Origin: a virus
Direction: 5' to 3' (one strand)
IMG/VR virus record: IMGVR_UViG_3300042935_001795
Span: 25,643 to 89,642 of that record
Length of the DNA stretch: 64,000 bases
Under the pieces are notes generated by a model, which saw only the letters and a program-made list of their open reading frames with translations, searched no databases and was not told the origin of the DNA. Shown here piece after piece: positions 56,030-64,000 of this stretch. Position 1 is the stretch's first letter; the number at the start of each line of letters is the position of its first letter. A program made the position numbers and the translations under genes.

Positions 56030-57991
56030 CTATTGTTTTGGAACGTCTACTACATTAAAGCTTATTGGTCCTTTTTTAAATGTTTTTCCTTCTGCCTTTA
56101 AGGTAACAATTAGTGTATATTTTCCTTCTTCCATAGGACCTGCTTCGGTCCTCATATCTATAAGAATTCCACCATCTTTTTTAACCCGCATTCCATTACT
56201 TTCGTTAATATCGAAACTATCTCCTAAACCAGCAACCTGATCTATTGTTGCACTAAATGAATCAAATACCAATTCGCCTTGTGGTCTATTTGCTGTATAA
56301 CTTCCAGTTAGCAGAACATATTTGTTTTGACTTTGGAATGGAGACCAAGTATCTTGTTGAACATCTCCACCATTCATCGTAATATCGATCTTTAATGGTT
56401 CTTCTTTTTTAGGCGGTGCTGGCGGCGGCGGTGGAACCGGTGCCGGAGTTGCAGGCGGCGTAGGAGGTGGAGTTGCAGGCGTCGGTTTAGCAGCAGGAGG
56501 AGCTACTGTTTCTGGATTAATATTATTAATTCTGCTTGGCCATTCTCTTCTTAGCAATTTTAATTTTTGTTTAATAGAAGGGAAACCTGCTTTAAACGTA
56601 TATTCAATTCCTCCAACAACATAATATGCTGATAAAAATTCATCAAGTACATATTCTCCAGGATCTACGGTTGACTTGTCTTCTTCTACAGTGGTATCAA
56701 ATCCCTTTTCTTTTTTAGCAGTTTTTATAACTTTATCTGCACCTAATTTTTCTTGTTGGTTTGTATAAATAGCAATTGGTAATTTTTGATACAAATGAAT
56801 TGCAGGATTAAAAGATGCCAATGAAACTTCAAGTGACATTTTTTTAACCTCATCCAAGTTTTGCGCATTACTTACTGCGGAATACTCGTAATTTAAGTGT
56901 GTGTGCGATGTTTCGGGATCTGCGTTTTTTCTACCAGTGTATTTAGTCTTGGTTTCACCTTTATATCGGTCTTCATCTCTTCGACCCTTCATAGGTTCTT
57001 CAAGGTCTGACATATTTTTACTTGCAAGCGGTTCAATATCATGACTTACCAATCCTTCATCCGAATCATTTTCAAAAAATTGAAGGGTTCTTTTATAACC
57101 ATTCTTTTTCGCCTTGTCTCCGGTACTATTTGCTAGAGACTGCGCCTCTATAAATAAGTTAGTACCTGCGTCTCTCTTATGATTGGTTAGTATAAGTGGT
57201 TTTTTAGTTTGATTTGCAGCGTCTTCAGACCCATTTCCAGGAACATCATTCATTTCTCTATCATATGCTGCAATAACATCTTCAATAGTCTCTTCAGATT
57301 CTAATAGAGTGTTTAAATTTACATAGTTGACATAATAGAATTGATCAATACAATAGGCCTGAAAGCTATCCTCGTCAATATAGGAGTGTTTTACCAAATC
57401 TTCCAATGTATCAAATCTACTATTATAAGGTAGGATTAGGTTCATCTTATCATCAGCCGAATCAATGTTTGTTGCAACTCCAAGTTTTAAATCATTTGCA
57501 ATTGATTCAATATGGTCTAAAGAAGTTCCTGTTCCATAAGATTTACATTCATCAGCATATAGTCCTGGAACTTTAATCCTTCCTGAAAAACTATACTTTC
57601 CTCCTTTAACATTTGAGTTTTGTTTAGGCTGGTCTGCTGTTGTAATATCAAAATCTATTCGAATATCTTTATATGACGTCTTCTCAAGAGTACCCATTCT
57701 AAAATTTATAACATCTCCATCTCTAGGAAACGTATCAATCGTAAATAGCCCTTGATTATCGGAAAGAGTAAGTTCTATAGTAGGAAGAGAACCATTGCAA
57801 TCTAATGTCATGTTTAAAACGTCTTTATCACTAAAAACATATCCATTAATAGAAATCATTATTAAATAACCTTTACTTGTTTCTACTTTGGTTGCATCAC
57901 CTTCTTTCTCACCAAACGATTCAAAAACTACCTCATCTAATTTAATAGTAGGCTCTGTTATTGTAAGAATATGATTGTTAATTGATGCCAT
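56030..57991 (-). CDS. Putative baseplate hub (gp27-like) with proline-rich linker and C-terminal extra domain
   Basis: LPTIEL.L.D, S.YYVVGGIEY.F and L.RREWP, followed by a PPAAKPTPATPPPTPPATPAPVPPPPPAPP linker. Confidence 0.6.
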   Translation of the reverse strand: MASINNHILTITEPTIKLDEVVFESFGEKEGDATKVETSKGYLIMISINGYVFSDKDVLNMTLDCNGSLPTIELTLSDNQGLFTIDTFPRDGDVINFRMGTLEKTSYKDIRIDFDITTADQPKQNSNVKGGKYSFSGRIKVPGLYADECKSYGTGTSLDHIESIANDLKLGVATNIDSADDKMNLILPYNSRFDTLEDLVKHSYIDEDSFQAYCIDQFYYVNYVNLNTLLESEETIEDVIAAYDREMNDVPGNGSEDAANQTKKPLILTNHKRDAGTNLFIEAQSLANSTGDKAKKNGYKRTLQFFENDSDEGLVSHDIEPLASKNMSDLEEPMKGRRDEDRYKGETKTKYTGRKNADPETSHTHLNYEYSAVSNAQNLDEVKKMSLEVSLASFNPAIHLYQKLPIAIYTNQQEKLGADKVIKTAKKEKGFDTTVEEDKSTVDPGEYVLDEFLSAYYVVGGIEYTFKAGFPSIKQKLKLLRREWPSRINNINPETVAPPAAKPTPATPPPTPPATPAPVPPPPPAPPKKEEPLKIDITMNGGDVQQDTWSPFQSQNKYVLLTGSYTANRPQGELVFDSFSATIDQVAGLGDSFDINESNGMRVKKDGGILIDMRTEAGPMEEGKYTLIVTLKAEGKTFKKGPISFNVVDVPKQ

Positions 57992-58482
57992 TAAATTCTA
58001 ATTTGACCGTTACCGATTTTAATATTAGTGTCTCCTTCTTTTAGGATATTTGGAGGCAAAATTTGTTTTGCTCCATTTGGTTTTTGTGCTGCCTTTCTTT
58101 GTAAATATTCAATCCTCTTCGCGTCTTTAACCGGAAGTCTTTTAGTGTCGACAAACTGGTCTCTAATTGAAGGTTCATTTGTTGTATTTAAGACTTTAAT
58201 TTCTTTGACAGCTTTAAGAGCCTGTCTGTGGTTTGGAATCTCTAAAACGTCTCCTAATTTAATAGAAAATGGATTTGAAATACCATTCCATTTTAATATG
58301 TAATCACAATAGTTTGCGTTTCTATAATATAGTAATGAAATTAAATCAATTCTACCTACCTGATCTTCGGTAACAGTATGCTCATTTATTATTTCATTGT
58401 TTTCTAGAAATACAAGAGTAGGCTTGGTAAATTTGTACTTACCATCTATCATTTTTTTATTATTTAGTGTATCAAACTGCAT
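57991..58482 (-). CDS. Baseplate wedge protein (gp53/LysM-like)
   Basis: GRIDLISLLYY...ILKWNGISNPFSIKLGDVLEIP. Confidence 0.85.
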   Translation of the reverse strand: MQFDTLNNKKMIDGKYKFTKPTLVFLENNEIINEHTVTEDQVGRIDLISLLYYRNANYCDYILKWNGISNPFSIKLGDVLEIPNHRQALKAVKEIKVLNTTNEPSIRDQFVDTKRLPVKDAKRIEYLQRKAAQKPNGAKQILPPNILKEGDTNIKIGNGQIRI

Positions 58483-60326
58483 TATCCGTTACTTAATTTT
58501 CTAAAGTTATTTACAAAGGTATCTTTACCTGCTCCTTTTCGATCTTTATTTCCATATTCATTGACATCAACTGTTTTGTTAATATCGGCAACATCATCAG
58601 GCTGGAGGTAAAAACGACCTCTTCCCGAGTTAAACATTGATTCAATTTCCGCTTTATCTCTTGGTCGACCTGGTTTTAATTTAATAACGGCGGTCATGTG
58701 TTCCGGAAAATCTTGTATTCCCATACCGCCTTCAAATGTAATTTCACAATCAGTCATACATAAGTTACCAATTACCATTATTGGATTAAGCGGATTCCCT
58801 ACAGTTAAGTGCCAGTTTCCAGTTGGATCCCCTGTAAGTAATGAAGCGGCTGCTTGTCCTCCTTGTGGAGTGTTAAACATATCCATTGCCATACCTCCAA
58901 TAAGATTATTTAAGAATTTATTATCTTTTAAGGCTCCTAGGGCTCCTCCTACATCTCCGTTCATTAATGCTCCCGCTGCACCTGCCATACCTGTTCCGGC
59001 TCCTTTAAACATTTTACCCATATCATCGACAATACTTCCGGCAAATCCAAGATAATCTCCTTCTCGAAGTTTACTTAAATTACCTAGAGGTTTTGCAACC
59101 GATCCATCTCCAATATATCTAACAGATCCTCCCCAGAAAGGAGCGTTGTTATATGTCAATGCCAAAATATTTGCAAGTTGGTCTAACATCATGATTTTAG
59201 GATTTGCTCCTTCAAATGCTCTAAGTTCATATTCAAACTTAATAGTAAATTCTTGTTCAAATTTAAGACCTTGCTCTCTAACCAATACGTTTTTAATAAC
59301 GTTCATTGGTCCAAAAACATGGTTCGGATATGTAGCGCTAAATGAATCAAATCCTGCATTTTGTTTATTAGCATTAGCAGCTACTGCGTCTCTACCCGCA
59401 CCTCCATTTGCCATAGCAGAAAGAATTTTGTTTCCCTCAACCATACTACCAAATTTTCCGGAACTGGCTCCTTGCTGAGAATTTAATGTTTGTACTGTTG
59501 ATTCTGCATCTTTCCATGAATATCCGTTTGAGAATTTTAGTATGTCTCCCATTACATTACCAGGTGCTTCTCCAAGCCAAGTTACGGCTCTAGCAATATC
59601 TGGTTGCTGAATTTTTTCCATGGTTTTTCCATCTGCAGAAAGTGCTTGTGGAGTTACAATATCATCAGCCGCTGGATATGAGAATCTACGAAGTGTAATA
59701 AGCATATTGTTAGGGATTTTACCATAATATTTTGCCAATGCAAAATCTGAATATTGATACCTATACGCATAATTATCGGTAAGTGCTTTAGTTCTTTCTA
59801 TAATCTGGGTAACAGTTGGATTTTGAAGGTCCTTAACATTTATTTTTTGATAAACAGTATTTCCCTTTTCGTTTGATATAAATCCGTTTTTAGTAGAGTC
59901 TAGTGGATTTCCTCTATAATTTATAAGTGAGTATTTATTAAAAGCAGAGTATGGCCTTGCTCCAATCGTTATTTTTTTACCTTCATTTCCTGGCTGAGTC
60001 GATTTATAAATTTCAGAATCAACAATATCGCTATAATATTTTGAACCTTTTTTTGAATTAAGTACACCGAAAGGAGCATCTTGCGAAGCTGCTCTTAATT
60101 GAGTTAAATTTGTACTTTTTTTATTTGTTGCAACGGGTTTTCCTTTTCCTTTTGAACCAGAATGCACACCATCAGGATTTGACCCATCTAAATTCTCAAG
60201 GTCTAATCCGGATACATTTTTAACGGCGCTAATAAAACCTTTTCCTATAGCGGAATCTTTAGTAGTTTTAAACGCCGATCCAGCTTTCTCTTTTACTTTA
60301 TCAAAAAAGCCCTTTGCTTCAGCCAT
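58482..60326 (-). CDS. Putative baseplate tail tube cap (gp48-like)
   Basis: Adjacent to gp53. F..EFTIKFEY and GNLCMTDCEITF...FP tube-fold pattern. Late promoter motif at 60350-60358. Confidence 0.55.
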   Translation of the reverse strand: MAEAKGFFDKVKEKAGSAFKTTKDSAIGKGFISAVKNVSGLDLENLDGSNPDGVHSGSKGKGKPVATNKKSTNLTQLRAASQDAPFGVLNSKKGSKYYSDIVDSEIYKSTQPGNEGKKITIGARPYSAFNKYSLINYRGNPLDSTKNGFISNEKGNTVYQKINVKDLQNPTVTQIIERTKALTDNYAYRYQYSDFALAKYYGKIPNNMLITLRRFSYPAADDIVTPQALSADGKTMEKIQQPDIARAVTWLGEAPGNVMGDILKFSNGYSWKDAESTVQTLNSQQGASSGKFGSMVEGNKILSAMANGGAGRDAVAANANKQNAGFDSFSATYPNHVFGPMNVIKNVLVREQGLKFEQEFTIKFEYELRAFEGANPKIMMLDQLANILALTYNNAPFWGGSVRYIGDGSVAKPLGNLSKLREGDYLGFAGSIVDDMGKMFKGAGTGMAGAAGALMNGDVGGALGALKDNKFLNNLIGGMAMDMFNTPQGGQAAASLLTGDPTGNWHLTVGNPLNPIMVIGNLCMTDCEITFEGGMGIQDFPEHMTAVIKLKPGRPRDKAEIESMFNSGRGRFYLQPDDVADINKTVDVNEYGNKDRKGAGKDTFVNNFRKLSNG

Positions 60327-60369
60327 TCCTATTAAATATATTTGTTTAAGTATATATCACAGAAACAGG

Positions 60370-60957
60370 CTATTCTAAATTATCATAGTCAATAGATAGA
60401 GGTCTATATAATAATTTATCAAAGTAATCCTTTTGTGTTCCTGCTCGTTTGTCCAAGAATTTTTTAATATGTGCTTCAAATACTCCTCGACTTTCGTAGT
60501 AATATTTACCCTTTGAATACGCTGATCTAGTTGTAAGTTCATAAAGGTCTCTAATAGACTTTTCAACTAAGAAGTCTTGGATATTGTTCTGTAGCTCATT
60601 AAGTTCATCGTAAGTTCTAACACACATTACGGAGTCGACAACTATCAAGAAAGTTTCCCACTTTGAATCAATATAATTCTGGAGTTCTTTTATATTGGGT
60701 ATGTTTGTTCTAGAAATTCTAAAGATTGTATTTCCACCCTCAAATGAACGGTCAAATTTCATATCAAACATATATCTTTTAAGAAAGTCTATGTCGTCGT
60801 AAAACTTAACGATTCGGATTTGATATCTGGGCATTTTATCATTGAACTCAATATCGTGGATTATTGCCTTAACGGGGAAAACAATATTGCTATATCTATT
60901 ATTTGTTATTAGAACATTAATATATTCACCCTTTGAAAAAAGTTTATGTCTAATCAT
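60370..60957 (-). CDS. Hypothetical protein
   Basis: 195 aa ORF in a coupled gene run. Confidence 0.7.
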   Translation of the reverse strand: MIRHKLFSKGEYINVLITNNRYSNIVFPVKAIIHDIEFNDKMPRYQIRIVKFYDDIDFLKRYMFDMKFDRSFEGGNTIFRISRTNIPNIKELQNYIDSKWETFLIVVDSVMCVRTYDELNELQNNIQDFLVEKSIRDLYELTTRSAYSKGKYYYESRGVFEAHIKKFLDKRAGTQKDYFDKLLYRPLSIDYDNLE

Positions 60958-61357
60958 TTAGAATTAATTTAACACTGTCAAATTGAGATATTATTTTATC
61001 ATCAATTTTTTTATTTTTATCGATGACGATTAAAGAGATTTGAAGTTCTCTTTCGGTATTTGTTTGAATTAATGTTTTGAAGTTACTTACAATATCATAA
61101 TCAAGGTTTCTAAAAACATAAATTACGCGATCTACGTCCTTTGTGTCGGAACGCAAGCATCGCGTAATTTCATTTATTATAGTTAAACCAATTATTGAGT
61201 CATTCGGGTCCCCGCAGTACGGGTCAGCTTTAATAAGTTTATTTTTAATACTAAAAAAGTCGATTATTTTAGTCGACTCTTTTATTGTACCTTTAATAAA
61301 CCTGTTAAAATCTCTTCGAGACGGACACCAAATGCAATCAATTTGTAAGTTGTTCAT
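60950..61357 (-). CDS. Hypothetical protein
   Basis: 135 aa ORF with short overlaps on both neighbours. Confidence 0.65.
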   Translation of the reverse strand: MNNLQIDCIWCPSRRDFNRFIKGTIKESTKIIDFFSIKNKLIKADPYCGDPNDSIIGLTIINEITRCLRSDTKDVDRVIYVFRNLDYDIVSNFKTLIQTNTERELQISLIVIDKNKKIDDKIISQFDSVKLILND

Positions 61358-61673
61358 TAACTGTTAGCTTTCCACCCGATAATTTTTTAAGATCGGATTT
61401 AATAGCTTCTATTTTTTCATTTTTATCTTTATCATTTGGAATATAATCAACTCCCCATGATTCGATAATTTTGATTTGGTTTTTACTTTTGGAATTACCA
61501 AAAGAAAGACCTATGTCAATGCATAAATCTTCAATGAATTTAATTTTGGAAATTTGGTCAGAGAAATCATATACTATGGTTGATTCATAACTTTCGCCTC
61601 CAGCATTTATATTATCATCTACTACCGTTTTAATAACGCCGTTGTCTGCTAGTGTTATCTTAACTGTTTGCAT
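61338..61673 (-). CDS. Hypothetical protein
   Basis: 111 aa ORF in a coupled gene run. Confidence 0.65.
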   Translation of the reverse strand: MQTVKITLADNGVIKTVVDDNINAGGESYESTIVYDFSDQISKIKFIEDLCIDIGLSFGNSKSKNQIKIIESWGVDYIPNDKDKNEKIEAIKSDLKKLSGGKLTVNEQLTN

Positions 61674-62052
61674 TTAATCTCCCTATTAGTAGCTCTTTAG
61701 CGTCCTTCATTAATTTTCTAGCAGCTTTTTTATCTTCTCTAATAGTTTGTTTATTTTTAACAGCCATTATAAAAAATGCCTCGCTTAGCATTTCAATTTC
61801 TGCATCATTATAACCGATTTGCTTCCAGGTCTCTTTTAAACTTTCAGCTTTTTGGGCTAATTGTTCTTCTAATTGCTCCATGATTTTTTTTTCATGGGCC
61901 TCTTTTGCTGCTTTAGAACTTGCACGTAAACTTTCTCTTAATTGAATTCCTTCAGAGGAAAGAGGACTTAACATGTTCTTGATTTTTAAATAACCCATCG
62001 CGCTCAGTTGAGCTCTTCTTTGTCTTCTAGAGACTGTTGCTGTTTTAGCCAT
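61660..62052 (-). CDS. Hypothetical basic helical protein
   Basis: 130 aa with an SRRQRR N-terminus. Confidence 0.65.
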   Translation of the reverse strand: MAKTATVSRRQRRAQLSAMGYLKIKNMLSPLSSEGIQLRESLRASSKAAKEAHEKKIMEQLEEQLAQKAESLKETWKQIGYNDAEIEMLSEAFFIMAVKNKQTIREDKKAARKLMKDAKELLIGRLNANS

Positions 62053-62572
62053 TATAGTAATTGTTTATAAAAGTTGATACTTCTTCAGTTAAATATTCTT
62101 GTAGTTTATGTATCTCAATTTGAGACACTGCCACTTTTGCAATGGTCTTAATTAATTCTTCTCTGTCCTCGTCTGCATTATCTATTAACATCTCAAATAC
62201 TTTTTTATTTGGTATGTTTAAGTTAATTTTAGCTTCGAAAGGTTCAACATTCTTTTTCGACAATTTGTTAATTAATTGTTCTAATGGAGATTCTTTAGGT
62301 TTAGTAGGAGTTACATCCTGCGTATTTACTTGAGTAACATTAGGAGTTATATTAATTCCTTGTGCTATTGAAGACATTTGATCTGCTCCTGGAAATGGTA
62401 TAACTCCATCTATAATTTCTTCTAGAAATTCAGGTAAAACTTCATTGTATATCTGAGATCCATCTGTAAAATATGTAAATTCTCCATCAATTGAATTAAC
62501 TTCAACTATCTTACCAAAATTATCTCCAGTTTTCCACTGGTATTTTCTTACATCTTCTTTCACTAGTTCCAT
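62045..62572 (-). CDS. Hypothetical protein
   Basis: Likely start at MELVK (62572) after an A-rich leader. The ORF is open up to 62653. Confidence 0.6.
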   Translation of the reverse strand: MELVKEDVRKYQWKTGDNFGKIVEVNSIDGEFTYFTDGSQIYNEVLPEFLEEIIDGVIPFPGADQMSSIAQGINITPNVTQVNTQDVTPTKPKESPLEQLINKLSKKNVEPFEAKINLNIPNKKVFEMLIDNADEDREELIKTIAKVAVSQIEIHKLQEYLTEEVSTFINNYYNG

Positions 62573-62618
62573 TTTTAGTGTATTTTTATAATTATATTGC
62601 TTTTTGAAAAAATGTTTC

Positions 62619-62819
62619 TTAGTCCAATTCAAAAAAGACTGAATCACTTTCATTTCGATATTTATTTTTAAATTTATCTATGTAATCTACAGACTTTGAA
62701 CTACCTATTAATGCATCTACATTTTTAACATATCTTCTAAAAAAAGAAATACTTCCCTTACATTTAAGAAATTCTTTTAGAGCCTTTTTTTCAGGCACAA
62801 ATATTTTATTAATACTCAT
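62619..62819 (-). CDS. Hypothetical protein
   Basis: ATG at 62819 overlaps the end of the dCMP deaminase gene. Confidence 0.5.
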   Translation of the reverse strand: MSINKIFVPEKKALKEFLKCKGSISFFRRYVKNVDALIGSSKSVDYIDKFKNKYRNESDSVFFELD

Positions 62820-63321
62820 TCCACGCAATTACTTGTTCAACTTCAATTTCTGCCTTTTTAAGTAGTTCGACGCCACTCATATCTCTATAATCTTCTGTGT
62901 AGTATACCTTTTTTATTCCAGCTTGTATTATTAATTTTGCACAATCAAAACAAGGGCATGTTGTAGTGTATAAATCAGCTCCATCGCAACTCATTGTAGA
63001 TTTTGCAACTTTCATAATTGCGTTAGATTCTGCATGTAGGACTTCTCTTTTAGTTACATTTCGACATGCGCATCCTGATTCCGGTAATATTGTCCAACCG
63101 TTATCTTCTAAACGTTCAGCTTGTTCTGGAAAATCCCATCCTGTTGTTTCTAACATCTCGCATTCATTTTCGAATCCATGGGGAGTGCCATTATATCCAA
63201 ACGAAATTACTTGTTTGTCTTTTACAATAACACACCCTACCTTTCGGCGTTCAGCATAGCTAAGTTTTGCGAACTGATATGCAACTTGCATATAAATTAT
63301 TTCGGTCGGAATTTTTGGCAT
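62809..63321 (-). CDS. dCMP deaminase
   Basis: KVGCVIVKD, GYNGTP, HAESNA and PCFDCAKLIIQAGI. Confidence 0.95.
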   Translation of the reverse strand: MPKIPTEIIYMQVAYQFAKLSYAERRKVGCVIVKDKQVISFGYNGTPHGFENECEMLETTGWDFPEQAERLEDNGWTILPESGCACRNVTKREVLHAESNAIMKVAKSTMSCDGADLYTTTCPCFDCAKLIIQAGIKKVYYTEDYRDMSGVELLKKAEIEVEQVIAWNEY

Positions 63322-63323
63322 AA

Positions 63324-63372
63324 AAAAAGTCTATATATGTTATATTATATATAGACTTTTTATTTAGTTTAC
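63324..63372 (-). terminator. Terminator hairpin overlapping a class II promoter (GTAAAC-N17-TATAA)
   Basis: AAAAAGTCTATATAT/ATATATAGACTTTTT inverted repeat. GTAAAC 63372-63367, TATAA 63349-63345. Confidence 0.6.
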
Positions 63373-63390
63373 CGGTTGGACCGGAATTAT

Positions 63391-63873
63391 TTATTTTATA
63401 TCTTCAGCGTCGGTAGCAGCAGTAGCTTCTTTACTTTCATTAATTTTCTTACTGAAAGCCTCGCTCATTTTGTTTAAGCATGCTTCATATGCTTCAGACT
63501 CCATGTTTTCTTTCATTTCTTTCACACAATTAGCCGCCATACCTGCAACGAGTGATGCATTTTCAGCCATATATGTTTCTATAGTATGCTCATCATGCGC
63601 ATCTTCTTCCCATGTTTTAGCCTCCGCAATAACTGCTTCATAACATTCTTTTAATAAGTCCGCAACTGGTTTGGTCTCTTCTTTGATTTTTTCAGCATCA
63701 TCTCCGATAACTGCCTCTCCAGCCTCGTCTACTCCTTGAACCTCTTCTGCTTCCTCTTCTGCTTCCTCTTCAGATTTAACTTCAGGTGTTCCTTTAGCAA
63801 CAATGTCTGCTTCTATTTCCTCGGCTCTGTCCATTTCTGAAACAAATTCCTCGAATTTTTTAATACTTGCCAT
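63391..63873 (-). CDS. Acidic putative internal head/scaffold protein with targeting tag
   Basis: Starts MASIKKFEEFVSE and is very Glu-rich. Late promoter motif at 63900-63908. Confidence 0.65.
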   Translation of the reverse strand: MASIKKFEEFVSEMDRAEEIEADIVAKGTPEVKSEEEAEEEAEEVQGVDEAGEAVIGDDAEKIKEETKPVADLLKECYEAVIAEAKTWEEDAHDEHTIETYMAENASLVAGMAANCVKEMKENMESEAYEACLNKMSEAFSKKINESKEATAATDAEDIK

Positions 63874-63899
63874 AATTTATTTGTATTTTTGTTTAGATT

Positions 63900-63998
63900 T
63901 TATATATCTTTATTTTTTAAATAACTGAAACTGTCTGAAAGAAAGTAGTCCCGCAGTTTTAAATAGTGTATTAATATAAAGAATATTGAACCTCCTGG
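63900..63998 (-). CDS. 3' end of a gene truncated by the window edge
   Basis: Open frame PGGSIFFILIHYLKLRDYFLSDSFSYLKNKDI-stop, with the DI-stop encoded by the GATATATAA motif. Confidence 0.5.
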   Translation of the reverse strand, partial: PGGSIFFILIHYLKLRDYFLSDSFSYLKNKDI

Positions 63999-64000
63999 CA

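Noticed and set aside
56410-56505. GC-rich island suggesting a foreign insert or RNA structure
   Set aside because: It is explained by Pro/Ala codons of the proline-rich linker.
1702-63259. Numerous plus-strand ORFs of 60-120 aa and short nested minus-strand ORFs in the ORF track
   Set aside because: They are antisense or out-of-frame shadows of well-supported genes and show no recognisable motifs.
399-63873. Stop-codon reassignment as in some jumbo phages
   Set aside because: Conserved genes are full length in the standard code, coding density is high, and TAA, TAG and TGA all serve as stops.

Overview
A 64 kb AT-rich segment of a large T4-like (jumbo) myophage genome. Essentially all real genes are on the minus strand in the standard genetic code. 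Leaders lack Shine-Dalgarno sequences and one promoter class resembles the TAnnTTTG element, which suggests a Bacteroidota host. In order of coordinates: (1) a TROVE/vWA (DUF2828-like, Ro60-related) gene followed by two candidate structured RNAs sharing a stem plus UACAGCAAA motif; (2) a JmjC oxygenase and a mini PolX/mini ligase cassette; (3) a block of putative internal head proteins carrying a T4-like capsid-targeting tag (MKHIKLYEEFLNE), including ES(V/L)xE-linked polyproteins and a tandem pair of ligase-fold and HIGH nucleotidyltransferase proteins; (4) the T4-type replication module UvsW, UvsY, gp61, gp32 and a RuvC-like resolvase; (5) a large tail, fibre and baseplate module (gp3/19-like, three collagen fibres, gp6, gp25, gp13, gp5, gp27, gp53, gp48-like) that also holds an amidoligase and a phage-encoded ribosomal protein S1; (6) small hypothetical genes and dCMP deaminase. 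Three promoter-like motif classes are visible, and several would give leaderless mRNAs. All assignments come from motif recognition by eye. No database search was run.
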